A DNA stretch of 43,247 bases from an uncultured virus (IMG/VR IMGVR_UViG_3300021255_004486). Lineage: Duplodnaviria > Heunggongvirae > Uroviricota > Caudoviricetes. The stretch lies in the IMG/VR virus record IMGVR_UViG_3300021255_004486; one strand, given 5' to 3'. The notes under the pieces are model-generated. The model made no database searches. It was not told where the DNA came from and was given only the letters and a program-made list of their open reading frames with translations. The position numbers and the translations under genes are program-made. Shown one piece after another: positions 20,008-29,891 of the stretch (within the stretch, counting starts at the first letter, position 1; each line of letters opens with the position of its first letter).

Positions 20008-20134
20008 GGAGAGTACAAAATGGATAAACAAGTGATAACACCCATTGAAGCAGCGGTAGTTGTACTTGGAGTAGCAGTTATCTGCGTGTGCGGTGCATAT
20101 ATTCTGTACACGGAAAAAATAAGTGAGGGGCTCA

Positions 20135-21136
20135 ATGAATATGAAACTGAATAAGAACACCAGGTTTTTACTTAAGATTGCGCTCATTATGAGTGCAATT
20201 ATGCTCTGTATAGTCGGATGTGGAAGTCACAATGCCGTAGAGAGTAATTCTTCGTACTCCGCCGGCAACACGCGCATGTCAAGCACTATGCTTGCTATGC
20301 CGGAGACTGAATCCGACACATACACGTTTACAGCCGATTATATCGATGAAGATGGCACCGCAGTCATCACATCGCTTGATAGTGGCATGGTAAAGGCAAG
20401 TATAGAGCCCGTAATCATAAGAAATGCCGATATTACGGCTGAAGTAGAAAGCCTTGAAGAGTTTAACGACAGCCTTGAAATGAGCATTGTCGAGCATAAA
20501 GGTTATATAGAGTCTGTGTCTGAGGAGTACGAGGAATCAACCGGCGTAAGAAGCTGCTATTACAGCATTCGGATCTATTCGACATATTTAGACGACTTCT
20601 TATCTGTAATCGAGAATGGAGCGACCGTTAAGAGTAAGTATATATCATCTAACGATGTCACAACGGAATATATTGACGTAAAAGAACATATCAAGGCACT
20701 CGAATCCGAACGTGAAACACTTAATGGCCTTTTGGAGCAGGCAGACAGCGTTACGGAGGTCGTAGAACTTTACGATCGCATTACCAATATAAACTACGAG
20801 CTCGACAGCTTAAATAGCAGTAGAGAGTATCTTGAGAGCAGATCCGAATATAGCACCGTAAATATCACCGTATCAGAGCCCTGTGATAACTCTGTTTCTT
20901 TTGGAGAGACAATTAAGAATCTGGCCAATTCCATCATGTTCATTATGGGATTGGCTGCTATCCTGGTATTCTTGTGGCTCGTTCTTATGTGTATATCGTT
21001 GCTCATTAAGAAATTCCCTGTACACCAAAAAGAAACAAACAAACCTGTAGAGGCGACACCCGCCCCACCAAAGCCCGAACCATCCGTAAGCGTCAATGAG
21101 ACCAATAAACCCTTTAAGGACTTAAATGAGAGTTGA
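20135..21136 (+). CDS. DUF4349-family lipoprotein
   Basis: lipobox-like IVGC; IIRNADI, DVTTEYID, YSTVNI; C-terminal TM. Confidence 0.82.
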   Translation: MNMKLNKNTRFLLKIALIMSAIMLCIVGCGSHNAVESNSSYSAGNTRMSSTMLAMPETESDTYTFTADYIDEDGTAVITSLDSGMVKASIEPVIIRNADITAEVESLEEFNDSLEMSIVEHKGYIESVSEEYEESTGVRSCYYSIRIYSTYLDDFLSVIENGATVKSKYISSNDVTTEYIDVKEHIKALESERETLNGLLEQADSVTEVVELYDRITNINYELDSLNSSREYLESRSEYSTVNITVSEPCDNSVSFGETIKNLANSIMFIMGLAAILVFLWLVLMCISLLIKKFPVHQKETNKPVEATPAPPKPEPSVSVNETNKPFKDLNES

Positions 21137-21390
21137 AGGTCTACATTATCAAGTATGCACTAACAAAAGGCATATTCGAGGCGGAAGCAGAGCCAGGGCC
21201 GTTTGATGGGTGTGTTACGGTTGGCAAAACAATGTACAACCGCAGCGATTGGGCAGGGAGCGCCACTGAGGCACGTATAAGAGCTGAACAGATGAAGCAA
21301 CAAAAGATACGCATGCTTGAAAAGCGCGTAGATAAGCTAAAGACAACCGATTTCGTTACCATACGAGATTATAAGTATTTGAAAGTATGA
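21133..21390 (+). CDS. phage-like hypothetical protein
   Basis: VYIIKYALTKGIFE pattern. Confidence 0.65.
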   Translation: MKVYIIKYALTKGIFEAEAEPGPFDGCVTVGKTMYNRSDWAGSATEARIRAEQMKQQKIRMLEKRVDKLKTTDFVTIRDYKYLKV

Positions 21391-21400
21391 GGAAAATAGC

Positions 21401-21607
21401 ATGAATGGTACAACAAAATGGTTTAACAGAGTAAAAGGATTCGGATTTATTACCGGGGAGGACGGCGTTGATTACTTCGCACACTATTCCCGCATCAATA
21501 TGGAGGGCTATAAGCGCTTAAGTGACGGACAGAAAGTCACATTCGATGTTGCCGACTCTGATAAGGGCCCGATGGCAGAGAACATAAATATAGTCGATCA
21601 GCCGTAA
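21401..21607 (+). CDS. cspA: cold-shock protein (CspA family)
   Basis: GTTKWFN..KGFGFI (RNP1), FAHYS (RNP2), KGPMAENI. Confidence 0.93.
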   Translation: MNGTTKWFNRVKGFGFITGEDGVDYFAHYSRINMEGYKRLSDGQKVTFDVADSDKGPMAENINIVDQP

Positions 21608-21621
21608 GATAAACAAATTTT

Positions 21622-21668
21622 CGTGTACAGAAACCAAACGAAAATGCGCTATCTTACATATTTATATT
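21622..21668 (+). promoter_or_regulatory. bipartite promoter-like motif copy
   Basis: GTGTACAGAAAC...TCTTACATATTTATAT, 29-nt offset. Confidence 0.6.
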
Positions 21669-21678
21669 GGAGAAGCAA

Positions 21679-21921
21679 ATGAGAAGTATAAAGCTAAGCG
21701 CCACCGTTAAGGATGGCATCACATCAAAATCCATAAACACGAGTTCCGTCAGAGGAAGCACGATCGGCTCGCTTGCACAGTTTTACCATAAGCCTTATGC
21801 AAACGACTGGGATACATCAAGACAAAAGGCGATGGAAAAGTTAAAGAAGCACCCCGAGTACGATGCTCCGCTCTCGGAAAAGAAACCAAAGAAGAAAAAG
21901 GAGACTGACGACGATGAGTAA
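21679..21921 (+). CDS. basic hypothetical protein
   Basis: GGAG RBS before ATG 21679. Confidence 0.55.
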   Translation: MRSIKLSATVKDGITSKSINTSSVRGSTIGSLAQFYHKPYANDWDTSRQKAMEKLKKHPEYDAPLSEKKPKKKKETDDDE

Positions 21922-22066
21922 GTACATCACCGCCGCGATCGCGATAACAGCAGCATTCATAGCCGGTATAGGCAAGATGATATTCGGCAGGACTCGCAAG
22001 TACCAGAATAGCCACTACGCCGAGATAATACAGTCCGATGCAAGACCACATTATCTTAAGTGGTGA
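21914..22066 (+). CDS. small membrane protein
   Basis: hydrophobic N-terminus; coupled to neighbours. Confidence 0.45.
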   Translation: MSKYITAAIAITAAFIAGIGKMIFGRTRKYQNSHYAEIIQSDARPHYLKW

Positions 22067-22242
22067 TGATCATGAAGGATATCAACGAAGTATATAAAGC
22101 GTTAACAGAATTACAAAACGGTTTTAGAAAAGACTTAAGGGACATAAAGAAGCCCGATCACGATACGGAGCTGATACTTAAAGCGAAGATAGTAGCAATC
22201 GAGCAGGCCCTTAATGAACTCGGATATGAGGATAAGTCGTAA
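22060..22242 (+). CDS. small hypothetical protein
   Basis: coupled ORF. Confidence 0.5.
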   Translation: MVMIMKDINEVYKALTELQNGFRKDLRDIKKPDHDTELILKAKIVAIEQALNELGYEDKS

Positions 22243-22323
22243 TGTTCACAGTATTGATTGTTCTTGTAGTTGCACTAATGATTGCCGGGTTATGGTCAAT
22301 TCTCTCATGAAAGGAGTCTCATA

Positions 22324-22947
22324 TTGAAACTGTACATTGATCCGAACAAGAGCATCCAGACGATGATTCTGGAAAACATAGCAGAAAAGACAAGAACCTT
22401 AATCAAGATATATCTACTGCTTTATCTGTTTTCTGTGGTTAATTTTGTACTTACGATATTCCTTTTGGTATCCGGGGCAAACATTATATGCCTCGGCATT
22501 ACCCTGTCCGCAGGGCTTATTCTTTTTATCATATCGGGGCTTGTAAAAAGGAAAGCTATCAATCTGTTAGCTGTACAGGAATCCATCAAAGATGGAAATA
22601 TAGATGTAACCCTTACAGAAGTCGGAGAAGATGGAAAAGTGCTTAAAACAATAAATGGCGATAGCGCAAGAGAGATGTTTGAGCATATTTCCACAAAAAC
22701 AGAAGACAAGTTCGAATATTCCGCTGACGAAAAATTTAAGGTTGTTGTGAACAATGTGATACCGACAGCCATTGTGTCTATAGAAGAAAGCCTTGAAAAG
22801 AACGAGATAAATCTGATCAACAAGTCATCGTCAGCCTTAAATAAGACGATCACGCTGTTATTTAGCGAGCTTAACGAAGCAAAGGCTGCAAGGAACGTCC
22901 TGGATGCAGCAGGATACAGCGTTGGACACGCAGAAGCAGTGGGGTGA
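22324..22947 (+). CDS. membrane protein (2 TM)
   Basis: AAGGAG RBS before TTG 22324; two hydrophobic helices. Confidence 0.6.
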   Translation: MKLYIDPNKSIQTMILENIAEKTRTLIKIYLLLYLFSVVNFVLTIFLLVSGANIICLGITLSAGLILFIISGLVKRKAINLLAVQESIKDGNIDVTLTEVGEDGKVLKTINGDSAREMFEHISTKTEDKFEYSADEKFKVVVNNVIPTAIVSIEESLEKNEINLINKSSSALNKTITLLFSELNEAKAARNVLDAAGYSVGHAEAVG

Positions 22948-22951
22948 AGAC

Positions 22952-23173
22952 ATGTCATACGTAGAATGCACAAATGTTGATTACATCATCCATTCCTTTA
23001 CACACAGCGATATCGACTTAGAAGAAGCCATCAGCAGATGTGAGAACTCAGACGAAGTTATTGAACTGGCTCAGAAACTCGGTATGCATGAAATTATCTC
23101 GGCAAAAGAGTGGGAGGATACCATAGAACGCATGACCGAGAGTGGTAAGCTCGACAGGTTCATAGAAGCGTAA
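22952..23173 (+). CDS. hypothetical protein
   Basis: GGGGTG RBS before ATG 22952. Confidence 0.55.
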   Translation: MSYVECTNVDYIIHSFTHSDIDLEEAISRCENSDEVIELAQKLGMHEIISAKEWEDTIERMTESGKLDRFIEA

Positions 23174-23174
23174 A

Positions 23175-23940
23175 CAGTGCCTACAGGGCATTAAATAATT
23201 CGACCAAAGAAGGTGAAGAGTCGTTAAAAGCAACCCTTGCATCTTTATGGCGGCCGATTCCCGAGACCGGAGAACATGCCGGGAGCCACCGAATAAGACC
23301 TCACCATGTTCGCATGGGAGATACTGTCGGCGTGGGCTGAGTCGAGTGCGCACGAAGCCGCCATAAGATACGGCGAATGAGGCACGTTGTTTGCTTGCAA
23401 ATGGCGAAAAATCTGTTGATTGCTTCGCAATCGGCAAGTGCTTCTCGCCTAATTCTTTCACAAACTTTGCCGGCCGGGAAATTTACGCGCAAGCGGTTTA
23501 TATCGGTCGGAGATGCGGTGGCGGAACGAGGTAGACGCTTAACAGGGAGAACAAGGCGACGTAGTAATAGCGTGACTATTACCATAGAAATGCGTGAAGC
23601 GAACAGCCTGTAATGCTTGTTCATGTGAGGTTCAAGTCCTCACCCGCATCATTGGGCGAAATGGGCGCGACAGACTCATAAGACCTTCGGGCAGAGCCAT
23701 TATAATCAGAGACACCAACAAATGCGAAGCGTTTGGTGCGGTAGCCCAAATAACAAGACTCCACCTTTGAGGCAATATACCTGCGGTTGGTCGGTGAACG
23801 TTGGAAAGTTTGTGTGTCGCCCGAGGGCGCAACGGCAAATGCATTGGCGAAATCCGATGGGGATAAAGGCTAATAACTTCCCAAAACCTCATAAAATACG
23901 GCGCGTGCAGAGCTTGGCTGCACAGTGAATATAGCAAAGT
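23175..23940 (+). ncRNA. putative large structured ncRNA (~770 nt)
   Basis: No credible ORF; GC-richer than flanks; many nested stems with TTCG/GNRA loops (see findings). Confidence 0.65.
23512..23651 (+). ncRNA. tRNA-like domain with expanded anticodon region
   Basis: Acceptor GATGCGG/CCGCATC-A; Leu-type D arm TGGCGGAACGAGGTAGACGC; T arm GTGAGG-TTCAAGT-CCTCAC; ~85-nt central insert. Confidence 0.65.
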
Positions 23941-23952
23941 AGGAGGAACACC

Positions 23953-24264
23953 ATGGATTACAAAGACATCATAAGCAGATCAGACAGATACAAGGATTTT
24001 ACACTGCTCCCGGATAACGAGCCACAAAAGCTTGCGCACTTTTTAGACGGGATAGATGTCGATTGTGTCCAGGTGCATTCCACTCAGATAATCGGAGACG
24101 GGCATCTCGTCGGGTTCTGTGGACAATTTGCATGGAAAAACAACGAGCTGATTTCTCTTGATGACGATACGTACAACAGGGATATGTTCGTTTTGGGATA
24201 CAAATGGTGGTCAAACGACGAGGTTAAGGTAGGGCTTGATATTCTCGTCGGAGAGGACTGGTAA
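23953..24264 (+). CDS. hypothetical protein (paralog-like to 31040-31351)
   Basis: AGGAGG RBS; FCGQF...ISLDDDTY. Confidence 0.7.
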   Translation: MDYKDIISRSDRYKDFTLLPDNEPQKLAHFLDGIDVDCVQVHSTQIIGDGHLVGFCGQFAWKNNELISLDDDTYNRDMFVLGYKWWSNDEVKVGLDILVGEDW

Positions 24265-24737
24265 CCATGAGTACAGGCGGAACAACACTGTTTTAATATT
24301 AACGTCTGATGCGGGCGTTGATATATGACTCCTTGCTTATCGCTTGTGAGTTATCAAGGCTTCGGGTACTGAGCCAGGTTAATCAGTGCCCATCACCCCT
24401 AACATAAGAGAGTTACGCATGAGAATCATAATCTTCACAATAATCATCTTTGCAATCATTGGATTCTTGGGATTGTCTTGCAGCTTTGAGATGGATACAG
24501 ATATGGATGTATCAAGCATTCCGTATAGGAAAAACAAACATAATAAAGGAGGCGCAAGCCGATGACCGATGAGACTTTAATGCTCAAGGAAAGGCAATGC
24601 AGAGCCTTATCTGAGATAGTTGATAAACAGACCGCGCTGATAGAAGAGCAAAAGCAAGTAATTAAAGAGCTATCGAATGCGGTAACCAGTTATCAGAACA
24701 CTATAGATATATACGAAGACATCATAAGGAGAGCTAT

Positions 24738-25229
24738 ATGAAATACATATTTACAGACATTGACGGCGTACTCAATAACGCGCATTCCAGGGAAGATAAG
24801 AGCACTCCTTGTTGCATAGATAACGACAATCTCCATAACTTCGCAGAATATGTCCGTTGGTGCCACGAAAAGTTTGGAGAAGATAATGTAAGAATAGTTC
24901 TCACGGCATCTTGGCGTAAATCCGGTCTTAAGGATGAATGCGCACGGAAAGTCCTTGACGAGTACATTGAAAACCAGGAAGGGTTAAAGATTGACGATGA
25001 GACAGAGCACGGCGCAGATGGAAGAGGCTTGGAGATCATCAGATACCTTAATGAGAAAAACGACTGTACAGGATATGTGGTACTCGACGATGTTCTGTAC
25101 ACGGATTTTAAGCCACTTCGGATCACGTCCCACCTGGTTCAGACAGCGGATGAACCGCAAAACGGCAGAGGCGGATTAAGAGATAGACACTTAAAGCGCG
25201 CAAAAGAGATCATAGAGCGGGCCATTTAG
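24738..25229 (+). CDS. HAD-superfamily phosphatase (Swiss-Army-knife RNA-repair-like HAD)
   Basis: FTDIDGVLN, IVLTASWR, RGLEI, YVVLDD. Confidence 0.85.
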   Translation: MKYIFTDIDGVLNNAHSREDKSTPCCIDNDNLHNFAEYVRWCHEKFGEDNVRIVLTASWRKSGLKDECARKVLDEYIENQEGLKIDDETEHGADGRGLEIIRYLNEKNDCTGYVVLDDVLYTDFKPLRITSHLVQTADEPQNGRGGLRDRHLKRAKEIIERAI

Positions 25230-25237
25230 GAGGAAAT

Positions 25238-25414
25238 ATGTTTAACATAGACGATTACACAGAAATATATCTGGATAAGGATGATGTAGCCCTTATCGAT
25301 AAGAGCGGAGAAAAGATAAAGCGCTCTATCTACACAGACGACGAACACCGGAATTATTTCTTATATGACGGAGAGAGGCGTTACTTCTCCATCAATATGA
25401 CAGCAGACAACTGA
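25238..25414 (+). CDS. small hypothetical protein (58 aa)
   Basis: Manually translated; AGGAGG RBS. Confidence 0.55.
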   Translation: MFNIDDYTEIYLDKDDVALIDKSGEKIKRSIYTDDEHRNYFLYDGERRYFSINMTADN

Positions 25415-25597
25415 TTCACAGGCGGCTAAGATGACGAGTTCCCGGACTCGCAAAACACCGGGAGAACTATCAACCGACAATAAGAACGACAGACAATCAC
25501 AAACGTATAAAGCATACCCATCTTGGCCGCTTTGAATATATATATAACGACTAAAGAGCAAGGCACAATCGTGCATTCTGTATAGGAGGAAATAACC

Positions 25598-27610
25598 TTG
25601 AACAAGAAGAGAAAATCACTAAAAACGATACTGTTAACCGAAGTTTCCATCTTTGTTGCGATTATCATTGCTGTGATAACGATCATAAACGTACAGATGC
25701 AGTCTAAAGATATCATAGACTTATCTTCATCTGTTATCTCAAAGGAATCCGTGTCCTATGCGAGCGAAGTTTATAACTGGTGGAGCGCAATAGAGAGTAG
25801 GGTGTCTCAGACGGCAAACATTATTAAGAGTCAGCCTAATCAGTCAAACGAAGATTTACAGGCTATGCTTATGAGCATCACCGAACTTGATCCCGATTCC
25901 CAGGATGTCTATGTGGCAATTAAGGAAGGTAATGTATTCCTCGATGGTACAGGATGGATTCCCGGTGATGATTTTGATTTTACGACAAGAGGTTGGTATA
26001 CAGGAGCAATAGATAAAAAGGGCGCTCTTTATACCGCAGAACCTTATGTAGATGCCATTACCGGAAAGACGTGCTTCTCATGTGCGGTAATGTTAAGCGA
26101 TGGCGTGGTACTTAGCTCTGACATCGTGTTTGATAAGGTTGCAGAGAAACTGAATGAATTCAAATCCTCTGCTGACGGAGCTGTATTTTATATCGTGAAT
26201 AAGAACACCAAGGATATTCTTGTAAGCAGTAACGCCGATGTCGTAGGCATGACTGTTACCGAAGCAGAAGATGTCATTGTAAAGGGCCTCGGGGCAGTTG
26301 TTGACAGCTTAAATACCGAAAACTCTATCGAAGTCGATAAGGTCAAGATAGCAGAAACATCTGCCGGCAAGTATATGTACGCAGCAACAGACATCACAGA
26401 CACATCCTGGATGGTCGTAAGCGCAGTTCCTTATACATTCGTAAGCAATTCAATAAAGAATACCGTTACCGTAACGGTTGTGGCATCCATAATCCTGTTG
26501 CTTCTTCTTGCAGTAGTGCTGTATCTGATCATAGCAAGGCACTTAAATCCTGTATCTGAAATGACAGACAAGATTACTGATGTATCAGAAGGCGACTTTA
26601 CGGTATCAATAGAGCCTAAAGGTAATGACGAGATTACTACTCTCGGCGAGCGGTTAGGCGACTACATTGTCGGCATGAGAGGAACGCTGTCTGAGATGGC
26701 AGAGATTTCCGGGAATATGGCAAGCAGCTCAGAAGAGTGTAAGAGTATTTCGGAGACACTGGCTTCCTCCAATCAGAATCAGAACGAGTCTATCGAAGGC
26801 CTTAACAATACTTTGGCAGCTATGAGCGACTCTATTGAGTCTATCGCCCAGGATGCAACAAACCTTGCCACCACGTCTACATCCCTTGCAGAAAACGCCG
26901 AGAATATAAAGAACCTTTGCGATGAAACCATCGAATCATCTGCATCCGGTAAGGAAAACATGCAGAACATGACCAAGAACGTAGACATTCTCAATGAGAC
27001 CATCAAGTCCCTTGCTGATGTCATTGGGGCTACCGCAAAGTCGATCGAAGAGATCACCGGCATTACAGATACTATAAACGCAATATCGGATCAGACAAAC
27101 CTTCTGTCACTCAATGCTTCTATCGAGGCGGCAAGAGCAGGAGAGCAGGGTAAAGGCTTTGCCGTCGTAGCGTCAGAGGTTGGAAACCTCGCAAAGCAGT
27201 CTTCTGAGGCAACAGAGACCATTCGTCAGCTCATATCGGGTATCACAGAGAATATAGAAGATATCCATACGAAATCTGACAAGTGCCTAAAGGACATGGA
27301 AACCTGCATGGTGGGCGTATCGGGAGCTAACGAGTCATTCAACATGATCTATGAAGACCTTATTAAGGCCACAGATGGCATCACGAGCATAGCAAGTGGA
27401 ATAGAGTCCATAAACGATATTGCTACAAATAACGCTGCCACAACAGAAGAGCAGGCTTCCACGATCCAGGAGATCCTTTCCTTAAGCGATGTGATACTTA
27501 CCGAAAGCAACAAACTCTCCGAGCAGACCAGTAAGATTGCAAGCGTATCCGAAAGTCTCAACAAGTATTCAGATGAGATCAAAGATAACTTAGGGAAATA
27601 CAGAGTATAG
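25598..27610 (+). CDS. methyl-accepting chemotaxis protein (dCache, HAMP, MCP signal)
   Basis: 2 TM; RGWY...EPYVDA dCache motif; [30 protein letters not shown]. Confidence 0.96.
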   Translation: MNKKRKSLKTILLTEVSIFVAIIIAVITIINVQMQSKDIIDLSSSVISKESVSYASEVYNWWSAIESRVSQTANIIKSQPNQSNEDLQAMLMSITELDPDSQDVYVAIKEGNVFLDGTGWIPGDDFDFTTRGWYTGAIDKKGALYTAEPYVDAITGKTCFSCAVMLSDGVVLSSDIVFDKVAEKLNEFKSSADGAVFYIVNKNTKDILVSSNADVVGMTVTEAEDVIVKGLGAVVDSLNTENSIEVDKVKIAETSAGKYMYAATDITDTSWMVVSAVPYTFVSNSIKNTVTVTVVASIILLLLLAVVLYLIIARHLNPVSEMTDKITDVSEGDFTVSIEPKGNDEITTLGERLGDYIVGMRGTLSEMAEISGNMASSSEECKSISETLASSNQNQNESIEGLNNTLAAMSDSIESIAQDATNLATTSTSLAENAENIKNLCDETIESSASGKENMQNMTKNVDILNETIKSLADVIGATAKSIEEITGITDTINAISDQTNLLSLNASIEAARAGEQGKGFAVVASEVGNLAKQSSEATETIRQLISGITENIEDIHTKSDKCLKDMETCMVGVSGANESFNMIYEDLIKATDGITSIASGIESINDIATNNAATTEEQASTIQEILSLSDVILTESNKLSEQTSKIASVSESLNKYSDEIKDNLGKYRV

Positions 27611-27617
27611 CGAGGTA

Positions 27618-28046
27618 GTGCCTATGAAGGAGATAGAATTCCTTGAGATGATAGTTTCCGGGCAGAGTTTTGGCGTGGAGATTGATGCTGTAAGAGAACT
27701 CTCAGATGCATTAACCACAACGCCTGTTCCCAACTCTCATCCCAGTGTAGAAGGTGTTTATGAACGCAGAGGCGAGACCATAGCGGTCATTAACTTACGA
27801 AATTGCCTTGGATTTAGCGCCGATTACCCCGAAAAAGGCGAGCATATCGTCATTCAGAATAATGACTCCATAGTTGCTCTTCATGTTGACAGCGTAGAGA
27901 GCATACATAGAGTCCTTGAGAATAAGGTACTCCCCGCAGGAAAGGTAAGCAACAGCGAGATAACCAAGGGGATCGTCAAGATACAGGACAGACTCATCAC
28001 TATTCTCGATGTACAGAAGATAATAGACGAAATTACAGCCAGTTAA
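27618..28046 (+). CDS. cheW: chemotaxis coupling protein CheW
   Basis: [35 protein letters not shown]. Confidence 0.88.
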   Translation: MPMKEIEFLEMIVSGQSFGVEIDAVRELSDALTTTPVPNSHPSVEGVYERRGETIAVINLRNCLGFSADYPEKGEHIVIQNNDSIVALHVDSVESIHRVLENKVLPAGKVSNSEITKGIVKIQDRLITILDVQKIIDEITAS

Positions 28047-28081
28047 CAGCACAACACACACATAAAAGAAAGGTCAAAACT

Positions 28082-29755
28082 ATGAAAAAGAAACTCACAC
28101 TCAAATCAATGCTACTGTTGTTCGCTATGGTTCCGCTGATATGTACAACAATCGCGCTTACTATCATGGGATCAAGGATGACCGTAACCAACCTTGAGAA
28201 GAATACCAAGGACGAGCTTAAGCTTGCGACTGCGTCCCTCCGGGAATACTACGAGTACGACATTATCAACGGGATCGACCTCGTGGATGGCTTCTGTGAA
28301 TACGATACCGAGTACATCGACAAGATGGGCTCCGTAACCGGAATAGACTTTACTTTGTTTAAGGATAACGTAAGGTTCATGACTACCATTAAGGATGACT
28401 CCGGTAAGCGTATAGAGGGTACAACCGCATCCGACGCAGTATGGGCCGCAGTATCCAAAGGTGAGGACTACTACTCTGACGACGTGGTTATAAACGGCAT
28501 AGATTACTATGTATACTATATGCCTCTCACAGACGGTAAGAACGTATATGGCATGGCCTTCTCCGGCAAACCTGCAACACAGATTAAAGCTGCAGAAAGA
28601 ACATCTGTTATAGGCACAGTAGGCGTATCTGTATTTTTTACGATTGTATTCGTATTCGTGGCTCTGTTCTTTGTTAAGAAGGTGGCAACGCCTATCAAGG
28701 CAGTGGCAGAGAACATCAGAGAGCTGTCAGAAGGTAACGTGAATGTAGATGTAAACGCCCACTCAACCGTGGAAGAGACGATCACGCTTATCGAGTCTAC
28801 GAAGACTTTGAGGGACAAGCTTTCAGAGATAGTAGGGGAAATACAGGTGTCTATGGGTTCCTTGTCAGAGATCATCGATACCACTACGAGCCTATCATCC
28901 GAGGCATCTGATTCAACAACTCAGATATCTGATGCAATGAATGACCTGGCAAATTCGACAGACATGATGGCCACATCCGTGCAGGATATCAATACGAATG
29001 TGATCGAGATGGGTAACATCGTTGAAAACGCCCAGTCAACAACGAGTACCCTCGCAGATTCCTCAAAGGCAATGGAAAATGCAAATAAGGATGCCTTAAA
29101 CTGCATTAACGACATCTCGGTTTCATCAAATAAGTCTGCCGAAGCAGTAAACAGCATAGCTGAGAGCATTCACAATACGAATGAAGCCGTAAACAAGATA
29201 ACCGACATGGTAAACCTTATATCATCTATTGCAAGCCAGACAAACCTCCTTGCACTTAACGCATCTATAGAAGCTGCAAGAGCAGGTGAAGCCGGCAAGG
29301 GCTTTGCGGTGGTAGCAGATAACATCAAGACGCTCGCAGCACAGTCCAATGACTCCGCAGAAGAGATCAAGGTAGTGGTAAGCGAGATAAGCAAGCTCTC
29401 AAATGAGTGTGTTGACCAGGCCGATTCGGTAAAACAAATGCTCATAGAGGAGCAGGAACTCTTAAACAAGGCAAGGGATCAGTTTGGAACCCTTGATAAT
29501 GAGATAAATTCTTCTGTACAGAACATTTCCACAGTAGAAGACATCACGAACCAGTTGGGAATGATCAAGGACACCATAATCAATGCAGTTTCAGACCTTT
29601 CAGCCGTTTCGGAGGAAACCTCTGCGACAAATGAGGAGGTAACCGCATCTGCGACCGTGGTTGCGAATAACGTAAGTAACGTATCGGCATCCATGGGGGA
29701 TGTAAGCAACCTGTCGGATCAGCTTAAGGAAGCTGTTGGATTCTTCAAGATATAA
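28082..29755 (+). CDS. methyl-accepting chemotaxis protein (single Cache)
   Basis: 2 [29 protein letters not shown]. Confidence 0.96.
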   Translation: MKKKLTLKSMLLLFAMVPLICTTIALTIMGSRMTVTNLEKNTKDELKLATASLREYYEYDIINGIDLVDGFCEYDTEYIDKMGSVTGIDFTLFKDNVRFMTTIKDDSGKRIEGTTASDAVWAAVSKGEDYYSDDVVINGIDYYVYYMPLTDGKNVYGMAFSGKPATQIKAAERTSVIGTVGVSVFFTIVFVFVALFFVKKVATPIKAVAENIRELSEGNVNVDVNAHSTVEETITLIESTKTLRDKLSEIVGEIQVSMGSLSEIIDTTTSLSSEASDSTTQISDAMNDLANSTDMMATSVQDINTNVIEMGNIVENAQSTTSTLADSSKAMENANKDALNCINDISVSSNKSAEAVNSIAESIHNTNEAVNKITDMVNLISSIASQTNLLALNASIEAARAGEAGKGFAVVADNIKTLAAQSNDSAEEIKVVVSEISKLSNECVDQADSVKQMLIEEQELLNKARDQFGTLDNEINSSVQNISTVEDITNQLGMIKDTIINAVSDLSAVSEETSATNEEVTASATVVANNVSNVSASMGDVSNLSDQLKEAVGFFKI

Positions 29756-29768
29756 GCCGGTAGGCTTA

Positions 29769-29832
29769 GACGCGATAGGTATAAGCTCGTTATTTAAGCG
29801 TGTATGCGGGGTTCGATTCCCCGCTCGCGTCA
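29769..29832 (+). ncRNA. minimal tRNA-like element (acceptor + T arm only)
   Basis: GACGCGA/TCGCGTC-A acceptor; GCGGGG-TTCGATT-CCCCGC T arm; 30-nt middle without D or anticodon arms. Confidence 0.55.
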
Positions 29833-29846
29833 TATATAGGATTATT

Positions 29847-29891
29847 CGTATACAGAAAGAAATAGAAGAATGGGAATCATACATACTTATT
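29847..29891 (+). promoter_or_regulatory. bipartite promoter-like motif copy
   Basis: GTATACAGAAAG...TCATACATACTTATT, 29-nt offset, directly before ATG 29892. Confidence 0.55.

Noticed and set aside
23295..23385. HDV-like (theta) ribozyme suggested by CCTCA...GGCGAATGAGG
   Set aside because: A P2-like pairing exists, but I could not build convincing P1, L3 or P1.1 elements.
23512..23651. Functional canonical tRNA-Leu or tmRNA
   Set aside because: No 7-nt anticodon loop on a 5-bp stem at the expected position; lacks the tmRNA alanine acceptor identity and tag ORF.
23048..23937. Overlapping ORFs on both strands in the structured region
   Set aside because: No RBS, atypical Arg/Ser-rich composition and mutual overlap; better explained as by-products of GC-rich structured RNA.
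26188..29709. Antisense ORFs within the MCP genes (also within serpin and collagen genes)
   Set aside because: Shadow ORFs caused by codon bias of strong sense-strand genes.
29736..29891. N-terminal extension of the sigma region-4 ORF
   Set aside because: It overlaps the MCP stop, the tRNA-like element and the promoter-like motif; ATG 29892 is the more plausible start.
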